Part shown: piece after piece, positions 37,571 to 49,590 of the stretch | How the letters are laid out: the number at the start of each line of letters is the position of its first letter | Numbering within the stretch: the stretch's first letter is position 1 | From: Octopus bimaculoides | Lineage: Eukaryota | Direction of reading: 5' to 3' | DNA length: 64,000 nucleotides | Assembly (NCBI RefSeq): GCF_001194135.2 | Contig: NC_068984.1 | Location: 127,452,478-127,516,477, forward strand | Made by a program: the position numbers and the translations under genes | Notes under the pieces: generated by a model | Databases searched by the model: none | Seen by the model: the letters and a program-made list of their open reading frames with translations, nothing else | What the model was told of the DNA's origin: nothing

Positions 37571-37918
37571 AAGTAAAGGTGACACTTTAGATACAAATAA
37601 TTACAGAGGTATCAAGTTGTTAGATCAGGTAATGAAAGTCACGGAGAGGGTCATAGCCCAACTACTTAGGGAGCGGGTCAGTTTAGATGAGATGCAGTTT
37701 GGGTTCGTGCCAGGGAAAAGCACCACTGATGCTTTATTTCTGGTAAGATAGCTGCAGGAGAAATACCTAGCCAAGGATAAACCTCTGTACCTGGCTTTCG
37801 TTGACATAGAGAAAGCCTTTGACAGGGTCCCCTGATCCCTTATCTGGTGGTCAATGAGGAAACTAGGGATAGAAGAATGGTTAGTAAGAGCTGTGTGAGC
37901 CATGTACAGAGACGCTAG
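37571..37918 (+). mobile_element. RTE-clade LINE reverse transcriptase fragment
   Basis: KGDTLDTNNYRGIKLLDQVMKVTERVIAQLLRERVSLDEMQFGFVPGKSTTDALFLVR*LQEKYLAKDKPLYLAFVDIEKAFDRVP*; in-frame stops present. Confidence 0.92.
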
Positions 37919-38639
37919 TGTGTGTGTGTGTGCATGCACGCATGCGCACATATACAAACACTGAAGTGTTCACCAGAGCAGGAAAGAGAGTGCTCAATAG
38001 CAGAGGTAGAGGTGGATATTATTAGGTGCTGAAATTTCATAAATTGTTTCTCTGAATTACTTATTTCTGATCTTCATTTAAAGAGTAGGAATGAAACTCG
38101 GTGTAAACATTTGTGAAGTTTCAACTGCCAATAAAATAAATTATTATTATATGTAAATATAGATTTGTTTGCATGTACATATATATGTTACGTATATAGA
38201 TATATATGTACGTATAGATAAGTACATTTGTAAATCACACTCACTCACATTGCAAGTGTGTGTAAGTAGAGAGAGAAAGAGAGAAGAAAGAAAGAAAGAG
38301 TATGTGAGTGTGTGTTTAGACATAAATACAATCAATATCCATATAATAAACATAATTTTCTGAATATTCATTTATTCACTTTAGATTTTTTTCTTTTTTT
38401 GTCATTGAGCCATGACAAGGAAACATCTTTGCAACATAAAATAGTAAGAGTTACAGATATTTTGTGGCAGATATCATAGGAATCCAGATATTATAGGAGA
38501 AAATATTTAGAATTTTGTTTAGATGCGAGGAAATTTAATGGTTGACATATCTGAAAAGTTTGAATAAAAACGGATTGAGGTATGATTTGTTGAATATGTA
38601 TTTTTGTACGACAAACTTTGATGAAAAATGGAGTAAAAG

Positions 38640-38735
38640 TGAGGCAAGAGTGGCTGGGTATTGAAGGTATCAGTTGATGTATGAAGCATGTGTTAGAAGT
38701 GTAATGCTATCTGACAGTGAAACAGATATTCAATA
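38640..38735 (+). mobile_element. Decayed RTE RT C-terminal fragment
   Basis: YEACVRSVMLSDSET resembles the RTE motif LYxACVRxxMLxGSETW. Confidence 0.4.
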
Positions 38736-38853
38736 TATTCTATGAGGGGTTAGATATAAATGAATAAGTATCATCTGTTAGACATGTAAAGTTAACCTAC
38801 ATGAAAGGTAAAGTGCAAATGAGTTTGGAAAGCAACTAGGCATTAAATATATA

Positions 38854-39778
38854 TTGGGTCATCCCATAAATAATGTGGTTTTTTTCAATTGCATAAACTA
38901 AAAGTTGGAGGGAGATGGGATAAACTACCTGCATCACCTTGCTACAAAAGCAGGTAATAATTTTACCGTATCCTTATTCTTAGTGCAAGTTTTGAAAAGT
39001 GAAGTTCGATTTTTACAGTTACTTTTCCAAAGCTATAATGGATTGTGACAAAGGAAAATATTCAGCATATTTTGCTTTATTAGTTCAATAAAAGCAACAA
39101 CACAATAGAAAGTGTGAGGAATATTAATGCAGTATATGGGGATCAGACAATAAGTGTAAGCCAGTGTCAATGGTGGTTCCAGGAATTCCGAACCAGAAAC
39201 TACAGCCTAGAAGATAAGCCTCATCCTGGAAGATCTGTAGAGCTCGATGAAGACATCCTGCAAACCTTGGTGGAACAAAATCCCATCATAACTGTTGAGG
39301 AACTAGCAGAGAAGCTGGGATTTGATCGTTCAACCAGTCATTCAAGTCCGCACTAGAAGAAAAACAACCATTTTTGGTTTCAAAATGAAAGATGTTCTTC
39401 CATCAGGATAATGCTCGACCACAAACAGTGAGGATGACATTCCAAGGGCTGGAGCAGTTTCAATGGGAAACGATGCCCCACCCACCATATTTGCCAGACA
39501 TTGCCCCATCTAATTATCATTTATACCACGGTCTTCAAAATCATTTGGATAGAAAATATATGAATTCTGTAGATGAGGTCAGAACAGTACTGGAAGAGTA
39601 TTTTTTCACTAGGGACAAGTTCATTTTGGAATAGGGGCCTTGCAGGTCTACCAGATAGATAGAAGAGCATTGTAAAAAATGAAAGAGAATATATTTTAGA
39701 TTAAAATAGAAGTTTATCTTAATTTTGAAAAAGAAAGGAAGTATATAAAAAAAAAACATTATTTATGGGATGGCCCAA
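38854..39778 (+). mobile_element. Internally deleted mariner (DD34D), 925 bp, both TIRs and TA TSDs
   Basis: TA-TTGGGTCATCCCATAAATAATG ... CATTATTTATGGGATGGCCCAA-TA (22-bp TIR, 1 mismatch). N-terminal HTH (INAVYGDQTISVSQCQWWFQEFR..NYSLEDKPHPGR) and C-terminal HQDNARP...HPPYLPDIAPSNYHL; the middle is missing. Confidence 0.95.
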
Positions 39779-41567
39779 TAATTCAATGCTTGCAGGGGAG
39801 CCAGATTTGAAGATATGAGTCAATGAGAGAGCCTGCACATGGTTGCTTAGCCTGCTAAAAATAACAGTTAAACGTCTCTCTCTTTCCCTCAAACACATCT
39901 GTAAATGTTGTAAAGGTGTACATGGTGTAAATTGTTGGAGTCATTATCATGTATCAGAGGAATCCTATTTGAAATTTGTGAGAAAAAAATTTTTCTTTAT
40001 AAATGGAAAGAAACATAGAGTAATGTAGTCTGTGGAAAACTGTCTGAAAAGATAGGACAGAAAAGAGAGAGAGGCCTTTGATCATATGTTCACTCAAGCA
40101 GAACTAACTTTCATCTAAACAACAACCGTTGGTATAGAAGTGTTATGTATGGATGAATGAATGAAAAAATGTGACATGGGCTGGCAGTGTAAAGTACCTG
40201 TGGTAAAAGGCTCAGGAAGATGTGGAAAAAAGTGGTGAGAACAAGATCTCAAGTTGCTGAAGTTCACAAACAAGATCATCTAGAAACAGCATTTACAATT
40301 TGCAGTGCTGTACACCTATCCAACATTCACAATGTACTTACTTGAAGAACAATTTAACTGGTAGAAATAGCACCAAAATCTAAAGTGCCAATCTCCCAAG
40401 AAAATGAAAGCCATATCTATATGTCACTGAAGTTATCATATGGCTAAAACAACATAAAAACTGAAACATTCCTAATTTTTCTGACTGTTTGGTAATAAAG
40501 TAAAATTAAAGATTAGATTATGGCAGTGCATCCAAATGTCATTCATCACAAACTTACTACTTCTAATCCACTATAGAAATGGTTATAGGGAAACATCCAG
40601 TTCTTTAAGAAGTCAAAAGCATGCAGAATTATTTCTAACTCTGGTGCAAAGTAACTAAACTGTTGAGAATGAGCACAGAGTTGATGTAGATCCAATCAAT
40701 CCCACTACATAATTAGTACACATTTCATCAACTCAGAAAAAAAACCCAAGTGCAACAGAATTTGAACTCAAAATGCAAAGAGGCAAAAACCAGTATGCAA
40801 ATCCAGCATTCTACCTTTCTTCTTATCTCCATAACATATATATTTAATCATTTCAGGACCATAAACCCTCCACCAATAGCAAAAATATCCTCTTCTCCAA
40901 TGTTTCAAAATAATGTGAAAATCTATTCTACTTGCTAAAAAAAAAAGTCCTCTATGATTAACACATCAACATAATATACTAATTATCTTAAATTTAAGCA
41001 TCACACATTATTTTGCTAAACAATAGCTTCATTTAGACAAATGAGCAGTTGGAAGTGATATATGTTATTATAGGCTTCCAAATAGTAGCTCAGTGGAAAA
41101 CTAAGAATGAAAAATAGTAAAAATAAAGGTGGCTAGTTGTGAAACAACTGAAAAGAAATAAACAGCTTTCTGTTTGCTTTCTGTAAAATAACAGTGTTTC
41201 ATGGATGATAGTGGTGAGGAGAGGAAAAGATATGTAATTGATTGTATAAGAGAGGAATATTTAGTTTCATTCAAGTTTCACATACATTGTATTGAACTTT
41301 ACAATAATAACTAACTACACTTTAACTATAGTTTCAAAGATAAAACATGAGCTTTATTTGGGTTTTTTTCTATCAAACTTTGATATTTTCATTTCTGTTT
41401 TGTTCTTTCTTTCTTTCTCTCTCCCCCTCCCTCTCTATCAATCTCCCCCTTTCCTTCTTTCTCTCTCTCTCCCTTTGTCTTTCTCACACATGCAGGAAAT
41501 ATCAATCAACTCAGAAGAAGCTTGTATACTGTGTTTATTTGCATTGTTAAAGAAATTATTATTATTA

Positions 41568-41601
<34 letters not shown>

Positions 41602-42170
41602 GTTAGGAAACATATGGTAAAAAAATTCAAATGTATGTAAAACACCAGTTTTGATGCAAAAATAAATGTTGGGAAAAATACATCCAGAAAATATCAAGAT
41701 AAAAATTTCACTTTCAGGATGTTATAGCAATTTTTTTTTGGTTTCTACCCAGGAAAGAACAGATAAAAAATGTAAAAAGAAGGTGGGAAGGAAATCAAAA
41801 TAAAATACAAACAAGATAGCAAGGCATACTATTTAGAATTATTCTATCTTTGAGGGGAAATACCTTTCTGTGAAACAAAGGACGTCTAAAAAATTATTTC
41901 TGTATGATAAATAACGCTCATTTATAAAAACATAAAGAGATAAAACAACCTCTTCAACAGTAAATATATATTTTTTAATAACTAGTTTATGTATCAAAGG
42001 TAAAACAAAAAAATCAACATTTATTGATTTGTTTTGATTACAATGGTATCAAATTTTGTATTATATCTAAAATGAGCAGTCACTTTGCTTTTTTTGGGGT
42101 ATTTTTCCTTCATTTTTCTGTTACTCTCTTCAATAATTCCCTAATTCACTACCAATTACAATGTGTGCAG

Positions 42171-42252
42171 TAATCATGTCTATTCAAATATTTGAAGCAT
42201 CACATTATATACTTTCTCGAGGTTCTTCAGCGAATACAGTTCATAAAATCAG
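42171..42252 (+). CDS. Candidate 82-nt exon
   Basis: Pyrimidine tract, CTAAT branch-like site and CAG|, with a perfect CAG|GTAAGT donor. Open frame IMSIQIFEASHYILSRGSSANTVHKI. No homology recognised. Confidence 0.25.
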
Positions 42253-43089
42253 GTAAGTCATTCCTTTATAAATAAATAGCTTAAATGACATCATTATGAA
42301 GAGATATTCAATTTGACAACCATGTTAGAAAGGAAGTATCCATTTTAGTGCTTCCTCCAGAACTTTTAATTGGAAATCAACATTTATATCAGTGATAGAA
42401 ACATTTCCATTCCAGAATATGGACAAGTCATTTCAATATGCATGTTTCAATAAAAATAGCATGAAACTTCTATTGAGACAATACACCATATTGAATAAAT
42501 GTGACATTTGAAATTACTGAATGAGGAATTTCATTCAGATAGACACCATTAAGAGTGATCTTGAATATTTCCTATTGTGTTTACTTACAAACTGACGCTG
42601 ATAACACAATACATAAAGATAGTACATATAAAGGAGTGAGGACTAGAGGTCTAAGGAAAAGAGTGAGTACATCAGCAATAATTTAATTTTTCTAGTGGAA
42701 TTTGTGGGTTAAAAAAAAATATGAAATTTCATTAAAGTCAACTTATCCATATGCAGAAAACTACATTACATACACATTTCTAAAACTACATTGTATAAAA
42801 CTAGATTAAACATTTTATAAAGTCATCAACCTGAGGATTTGATTTCATGTCAACTTGTTTGAAACATGAACATCTTACAATAGACAAAGAAAATGTGACT
42901 TAGATATTGGAGCCATTTTATGTGTTCCTACAAATTAACTATCTTTTATATAGTTACTTGATCTGTTAGAAATAGCAGTCAGATTCCCACTCCTCCCCTC
43001 TCTCTCACACACAAATATACATATATATATATATAATCATAAATGTATAGGGATTGACAGTAACCTGCTTCTCCAACATACTGAGAATT

Positions 43090-43213
43090 CAGAAATAGCA
43101 GTCAAAGAACTACTGATTTCAAAACTACAAATTATTACTCCAGATAGATAGCGATCAATCTGGAGTAATAATTTGTAGTTTTGAAATCAGTAGTTCTTTG
43201 ACTGCTATTTCTG
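43090..43213. repeat. Perfect 56-bp inverted repeat with 12-nt loop, ending at a gap
   Basis: 43090-43145 is the exact reverse complement of 43158-43213. Confidence 0.95.
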
Positions 43214-43309
43214 NNNNNNNNNNNNNNNNNNNNNNNNNNNNNNNNNNNNNNNNNNNNNNNNNNNNNNNNNNNNNNNNNNNNNNNNNNNNNNNNNNNNNNN
43301 NNNNNNNNN

Positions 43310-43344
<35 letters not shown>

Positions 43345-43524
43345 TTTCTCTTGGGCCTTAAGAGTCATAAAGCCAGCTACTTAGTTTCCATGACATACAA
43401 GTGATCACAGTTACAACATTCCCCTGAACAGGACACCCAGGACACCAGCTCATAGCAGGTTCAAGACTAGCAATTTTGAGGGGAGGCGACAAGATAATTA
43501 AATCGACCCCAGTAGTTGCCTGGA

Positions 43525-44180
43525 ATTTTATTTTATCAACTCTTGAACTCCCCTCAGCTTCCAACACAGCCTCTGAACTTGGCACTAGTATTCCTTCTTG
43601 TGTCTCTAGGAAGATCTTTGAACACCTTAATCCTTGTGCTGAAGGCAGAGTGGTTGGTATCTTTCTCAACCACAACCCACACACAGTAATCCATGGGATT
43701 ACAATCAGGGGAATTAGGGGGCCAGAAATTAGGGCTGGAGAAGCCATAGAAATTCTCTGACAACCACTTCTGATTCTTTCTGGAGGTATAGCAAGGAACT
43801 AAATACTGCTGCCACACATATGGCTTTCCAGCAGTAACCCTCCCCAATAGCTTCATACAGCCATCTGAATTGATCCCAAGGCCCTGTTTAAAAGTCTGAA
43901 GCATGCAGACATAGTCAGAATGCCTTCTGTACCTCTTCCTGCTAGCCACATCTTTATAGTTTCCATTGCAGCTGTCCATGTCATGTCTTACAATCTTTAC
44001 AGTGTTCACACAGCATTGAGCAGCAGTCATGATATCAGCATTTTGATACCCAGTATGAATCATCATGATACAAATATCCCTTTTCCAATATTCAGATGGC
44101 TTCCAGTCCTCCATATTAGCTAATTTTTTCTCAACTACAACTTTAATCTTTAAGTTTTCCAATGCCATTGAATCTTCATC
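43525..44180 (-). mobile_element. maT-type (DD37D) transposase remnant, internally deleted
   Basis: ORF 43554..44168 contains YVWQQYLVPCYTS...FWPPNSPDCNPMDYCVW..VEKDTN, with 37 residues between the (mutated) second Asp position and the third Asp. The C-terminus EAVLEAEG is in another frame. TIRs not identified. Confidence 0.85.
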
Positions 44181-44274
44181 AATACATCAAACTGTTATTG
44201 AAATGCAGAGACTTAAAATATCATCAAATTTAGCCTGAACTCTGTGTATAGTGTGATGAAAGGACAAGAAGGCA

Positions 44275-44437
44275 TAAACACACACACACACACAGCTTCT
44301 TTCAGTTCCTATCTACTAAATCCACTCACAAGGTTTTGGTTAGGCCAGGGCTACAGTGGAAGGCACTTTCCCAAGATGTCATGCAGTGAGACTGAATTTG
44401 AAATCACAAGATTGGGAAGTGAACTTCTTCACCATTT
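44275..44437 (-). mobile_element. SINE family 1, 5' half (old)
   Basis: GCTTCTTTCAGTTCC..CTACTAAATCCACTCACAAGG...GCAGTGAGACTGAA is the reverse complement of the family 5' half. Confidence 0.75.
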
Positions 44438-45298
44438 ACTATCATCTACAGCATATATCATCTCCAGAGTCAATTTTTTTTAAGCCAACAAAAGGAACTA
44501 CAAGCCTGTTTGACCTGTCACAAATAGCAGTTACATCTCAAAATCACCCTTCTATCTTCAATAAAGGATACATTGAACAATGTCTTCCTTGATATACAAC
44601 AAAACTGGACTGTTACAACTGGAATGCTTTTCATAAGTCTGCTTAATCAGAGCTGACTTTGGTACTCTATAACCAGAAGTCTCGAAGTTACAAGACTGCA
44701 AATTCAGACTGTAAAGTAAGATATGCCAGAGTAATAAATAGACTATTGGCATTCTGGTGCACTAATTAAGTCATTCTGTAAATAATGTATGAGAAATTAT
44801 AGTAGAAATTTTGGCCATGTAATAATGTTAGAAATTATTTATAATTATAAGGAAGGAGTAAATGGCATTAATAGAGAATTGAATGAACTGCTTTGTGGTA
44901 TTTAGTTATGTTCAAATTTTGCCTTTCATTCATACAAGGCTAATAAAGTAATGTACCACTCAAGTAGTGGGGTTGATTTAGTCAACAAACTCCTTTCACC
45001 TTGCGCCCATGTTAGAAATGGTTATTATTACTACCATTACTGAGAGATTGGTAGGATCCATAGAGTGTCTGACAAAATACTTTGTGCTGTTTAGTTATAT
45101 ATGACTGAGTTAAGTATGAATATTGCTGAGGTTGACTTTACTTTTCCTTATTCTGTAGTCTATAAAATAAAGTACCAGTTACATATGAGGATCATTCAAA
45201 TTGATTACACCTACTCCAAGTTCAAGGCCTTTTGCCTGAGTTAGAAATCACTATTATTTAAAAAGATAAAACAAATCACTATTGTTATTATTATTATT

Positions 45299-45557
45299 GT
45301 TCAGTAGTTTTATTTTTATAACGTGCTTTCACTTCACTACCGAGCGCAGCTCTGTGCGCCTTGGGTATGTGCTGTGGTTTGCTGTGGTGCTCTTATGTTT
45401 ACTGTATTGAAAGTGTTTTGCGTAGAATGTGTGCAGTACCCAGTAGTGCAATTTTCTGTATGTTATATATATTTGTAAGTCCTGGTATTTTTGTTATGTA
45501 TTTGTCTGAATATTTTTTTATTATACCTAAGGCACCTACTATGATAGGAATTGTTTT
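45299..45557 (-). mobile_element. 5'-truncated R4/Dong-like (REL-endonuclease) LINE 3' end
   Basis: Open frame 45557-45399: KTIPIIVGALGIIKKYSDKYITKIPGLTNIYNIQKIALLGTAHILRKTLSIQ*, matching the P(V/I)(V/I)xGALG...QKxALLGTAxILRxxL C-terminus I recall for R4/Dong/Rex6 ORFs. (TTA)n runs flank both sides. Confidence 0.8.
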
Positions 45558-45597
45558 TTATTATTATTATTATTATTAATAACATATTATTATTACA

Positions 45598-45836
45598 AAG
45601 GTGACGAGCTGGCAGAATTGTTAGCATGCCGGGCATAATGACTGCTTAGCAGTATTTCATCTATCTTCATATTCTGAGTTCAAATTCCTCCAAGGTAAAC
45701 TTTGCCTTTCATCTTTTCAGGGTTGATAAGTACCAGTTGAGCACTGGAGTTGATGTAATTGACTAACCCCCATCCCCTAAAGTTGCTGACCTTGTGCCAA
45801 AATTTGAAACCGTTATTATTATTATTATTATTATTA
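45598..45836 (+). mobile_element. SINE family 2
   Basis: GGTGACGAGCTGGCAGAATTGTTAGC...TTCTGAGTTCAAATTCC..AAGGTAAACTTTGCCTTTCATC...GATAAGTACCAGTTGAG...GAAACC plus a (TTA)n tail. Confidence 0.88.
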
Positions 45837-46205
45837 ATGTAATCAATCATTACTATTATTATTGTAACATGATTAGAAGAGTGTGATATGTAATAAAAAA
45901 TTGACTTCGCTAATTGAGCAATATTTCAACAGTATGCCTGTCTTCCTCAGTTTCAAAATAAGACATGAATAACGAAAATACACAAAGAAGAAAAACCTAT
46001 TTATAGGTTTCACTTATTCATAACTGGTTAATCTGCTTAGAACATGAAAAAAGACCGAGAAAACAAATGAAGGTGTGACTTTATAGATGGTAAAAAGCAT
46101 GTGACTGAGAGGAATAAAAAAATAAAAGATTAGTGAAATCATGTTGTCGTATGTGGTGAGGACAGATTCGGTAAAGAAATTATTATTGTTGTTATTATTA
46201 TCATT

Positions 46206-46422
46206 AAGACAGTGAGCTAGCAGAATCATTAGCATGCTGGGCAAAATGCTTAGCAGTATTTTGTCTCCCACTATGTTCTGAGTTCAAATTCTGCCAAGAT
46301 CAACTTTGCCTTTCATCCTTTTAGGATCAATAAATTAAGTACCAGTGAAACACTGGAGTCAATGAAATCAACTGGTCACCTTCTCCAAATTTCAGGCCCT
46401 GTGCCTTTAGTAGAAAGTATTA

Positions 46423-46452
<30 letters not shown>
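46206..46452 (+). mobile_element. SINE family 2
   Basis: Same architecture; (TTA)n tail at 46420-46452. Confidence 0.88.
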
Positions 46453-46453
<1 letters not shown>

Positions 46454-47860
46454 GATATTCTTCTGCAGGCTGTCTCAAAGGTGAGTGACAATGATTTCAT
46501 CCTTGTGGCTGGGGATTTCAATGAGCATGTCGGACGGCAGCCCAGTATCTTCCATGGTGTACAAGGGAGCCATGGAATTGGTTCCTGAAATGAAGAGGGA
46601 ACAAGGCTACTGGAGCTCTGTGATGCAAATAACCTATTGATCTGCAACACCAACTTCAGGAAGCCAGTCAGCCACTTGATAACCTACTAGTCAGGTGACT
46701 ATGCTAGCCAGATCGATTACATTCTCCCCAGAGAAATACAAAGACCTTTCCTGGTGAAGAATGTACCCCCCAGCATAGACTAGTCATAAGACCAGAAGGA
46801 TATCAAAAAGCAGACAAATCTGGAAAAGAAGGATTTGGAAGATTAAGGACACTTCATATGGTCAGAGATGTAGGGACATCCTAATCGAGAAATTTAATGA
46901 GAGGGAGGAGGAACTAGAAATTGTGAAATAGAAGGCGACTGGGAATTCCTGCAGGACAGCTTGCAAAGTCCCATCCAGACCTAGGGTGACATGGTGGTGG
47001 AATAATGCTGTAGACAGGGCCATTAAAGCAAAGAAACAAGCCTGGAAGGCCTGGTAGAGTGGGGGTAGCAGGGAACTGTATCAGATAGCCAGAAGGGAGG
47101 CTAGGAGACTTGTATATCTAGCCAAGGGAGAAGCAGAAAAGAAGTTTGCCAATATTCAACGACGTGAGGATCAAAGACTTGCAGTGTTTCAGATTGCAAA
47201 GACAGTGTGTGAGAGAAAATTGTGATGTCATAGGAGAGAAATGTATCCGCATGGATGATGGTGCCCTTGCATTTAATGATTCTGCAAAGAAAGAGGCTTA
47301 GAAATGCCATTATGAAAGACTGTTGAACATGGAGAATGAATGGGAGAAGGAGAGCCTGCCAAATGTTGACCCACTTGAGGGACCAGCTATCCAAATTGAC
47401 AGAACCTTGGTAGATAAAGCAATTAAGGACATGAAGACAGGGAAAGCCCCAGGGCCATCAGGAATCACAGCTAAGATGCTTAAAATATCTGATGGTGTGG
47501 GTTATGGTCTAGTCACCCATATTGTAAATCAGGTAGTTCACGAAGGAGTCATGCCCAATGACTGGTGTAGCAGCACTATAGTCAACTGCTACAAAGGTAA
47601 AGGTGATGCCGTAGATAGAAATAATTACAGAGGTATCAAATTGTTGGATCAGGTGATGAAAGTTACGGAGAGGGTCATAACCCAACTAATTAGGAAGAGA
47701 GTTAGTCTAGATGAGATGAAGTTTCGTTTTGTACCAGGTAGAAGCACCATTGATGCTATATTTCTGGTAAGGCAGCTACTGGAGAAATACATAGCCAAAG
47801 ACAAACCTCTGTACTTGGCTTTTGTTGGCTTCAAGAAAGCCTTTGACAAGGTCCCCCGCA
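46453..47860 (+). mobile_element. RTE-clade LINE fragment (APE endonuclease C-terminal half through N-terminal RT), disrupted
   Basis: ILVAGDFNEHVG...NEEGTRLLELCDANNLLICNTNFRKP...SQIDYIL (APE), then KTGKAPGPSGI...YKGKGDAVDRNNYRGIKLL...MKFRFVPGRSTIDAIFLVRQLLEKY..KDKPLYLAFVGFKKAFDKVP (RT). Stops and frameshifts present; joins a SINE fragment at ~47861. Confidence 0.95.
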
Positions 47861-47985
47861 AGGTCAACAGGCATTTTATCTCCAGAATCAATAAAATAAT
47901 GTACCAATCAAGGATTGGGTCAATGTAATCAACTAACTCCTCACTCCAAATTTCAAAGCCATGTGCTTAAGTCAACCTTGGTAAA

Positions 47986-48172
47986 ATTTCAGTTCAAAAT
48001 TCTGGTAAGGTCAATTTTGCCTTTCATCCTTTCAGAGTCAATGAAATAAGTACCAGTTGAGTACTGGGGGAAGGGGGTAGGTCAATGTAATCATTTAGCT
48101 CCTTCCTCAAATTTCATGCTTTGTGCCAATAGTAGAAAGGATTATTATTATCATTATCATTATTATTATTAT
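47986..48172 (+). mobile_element. SINE family 2, 3' two-thirds
   Basis: GTTCAAAATTCTGGTAAGGTCAATTTTGCCTTTCATCCTTTCAGAGTCAATGAAATAAGTACCAGTTGAG...GTGCCAATAGTAGAAAGGATTATT. Confidence 0.8.
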
Positions 48173-48173
48173 T

Positions 48174-48334
48174 CATATACACACAACAGATTAGGCTGTT
48201 GGAAAAGAAAAATTCCTGACATCAGGCTACAAGTAACCTTAGATGCCAAGAACCCTCCAAAGTATCTTAGATGCCCCTAATAACATTCTATTTATCTGTT
48301 CAAATAAATCTTTAGGGATAGTTCCTAATGCACC

Positions 48335-48337
<3 letters not shown>
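48174..48337 (-). mobile_element. Second R4/Dong-like LINE 3' end (different family, short deletion)
   Basis: Minus frame 48337-48239: IGALGTIPKDLFEQINRMLLGASKILWRVLGI*; (TTA)n runs on both sides. Confidence 0.6.
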
Positions 48338-48367
<30 letters not shown>

Positions 48368-49334
48368 CAAATGCATATTAGTATGGATTTGTTGTTTTGA
48401 ATTGTACCAATCACTGTTCTTAGATTGGCTGCCAAGTCATTATTACAACATAACTTGCAAAAATTAAAAAGAAAATATGAAAATAAATTGTATTCAATTC
48501 AAATTGGAAATACTGATGCCCTAAGGATTTGGGTATTTTAACAAAAGGAATTAATATTAACTCATTACCTCCTCCTCCTCACCTGAAGTATGTTCCTTCT
48601 TACATCAGCCAAATTTTATCAATAATCTCAAATGAATACAACACAAAACCATAGCAGATAATTTTATCTTGCGTTGGCATTGTTTAGTCCTAGATCAGCC
48701 CCATTTAAGCAGAACTATGATGAAACCATTCTAACCATGATCATTCCTTCGTTTTGTATATATGAAGACTGCATTATTTAAAGTATTTTTATTTGTTTTT
48801 TTTGAGGTGGTAGGCTGGGATTTGAAACTAGTTCTAACAGGTAAAAAGGACCATATCAATTCTCTTTGTGAGCAGGAAGTAAAAATCATACAATCATACA
48901 CATCAAAAATATTGCGAAGCTGGAAATAATATGTTCTCAATTAAATATAGTTCTACTTCAAATTTCAATGAATATTTCATTTGATGAAATTATAAATTTT
49001 AACATATTTGTTAGTGATTAATTTTACCTAATCCTTAAAAAGATAAGAGGAGAGATTGCTCATTTATGATGAAATTCTAAAAATAGTTTTCAATTTAAAT
49101 TGTTCAGCTCGACAGTCACGCAACTTGCATCTTGCAACAACAAAAAAAAAATTGATTACATTTTAATGCTCTCATTGACAAAACTGAAATAATGAAAATA
49201 TGTCCTCAACAGTTTTGAATTACTTTTAAGACTGATGTAATTGAAACTGTTTCAGTTAATGTTTACATTAATGCTTTTCAATTGTTTGCATCTTACATTT
49301 GTATTTGCTAATGGTTCTGCAAATATCATGCTGT

Positions 49335-49408
49335 TGTTATTGTTTTAGTCTTCACTAAGCAGTCTTATGAACAAAGGTCACCCAGTCATGATCATCCAGT
49401 TTTTTGAG

Positions 49409-49441
<33 letters not shown>

Positions 49442-49570
49442 CATTGTGTAGCTATTATCCAGTGTGACCTTCCATTTTTTCTTTTTTTTTTTTTGGTATG
49501 GTTGTAATTTAAGGAAATATTTGAAACTATTCCTAGTGGGGTCAGTGTAATAAGTTACTAAGTTGATTCA
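49335..49570 (-). repeat. Dispersed repeat family 3 copy (with internal GA run)
   Basis: TGTTGTTATTGTTTTAGTC...AGCAGTCTTATGAACAAAGG...ATTATCCAGTGTGACCTTCC...GGTTGTAATTTAAGGAAATATTTGAAACTATTCCTAG is the reverse complement of the family consensus. Confidence 0.6.
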
Positions 49571-49590
49571 CTTATATGATATGTTGAAAT

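Noticed and set aside
47323-47928. 201-aa ORF
   Set aside because: It is a fragment of RTE LINE ORF2 bounded by stops and frameshifts, not a host gene.
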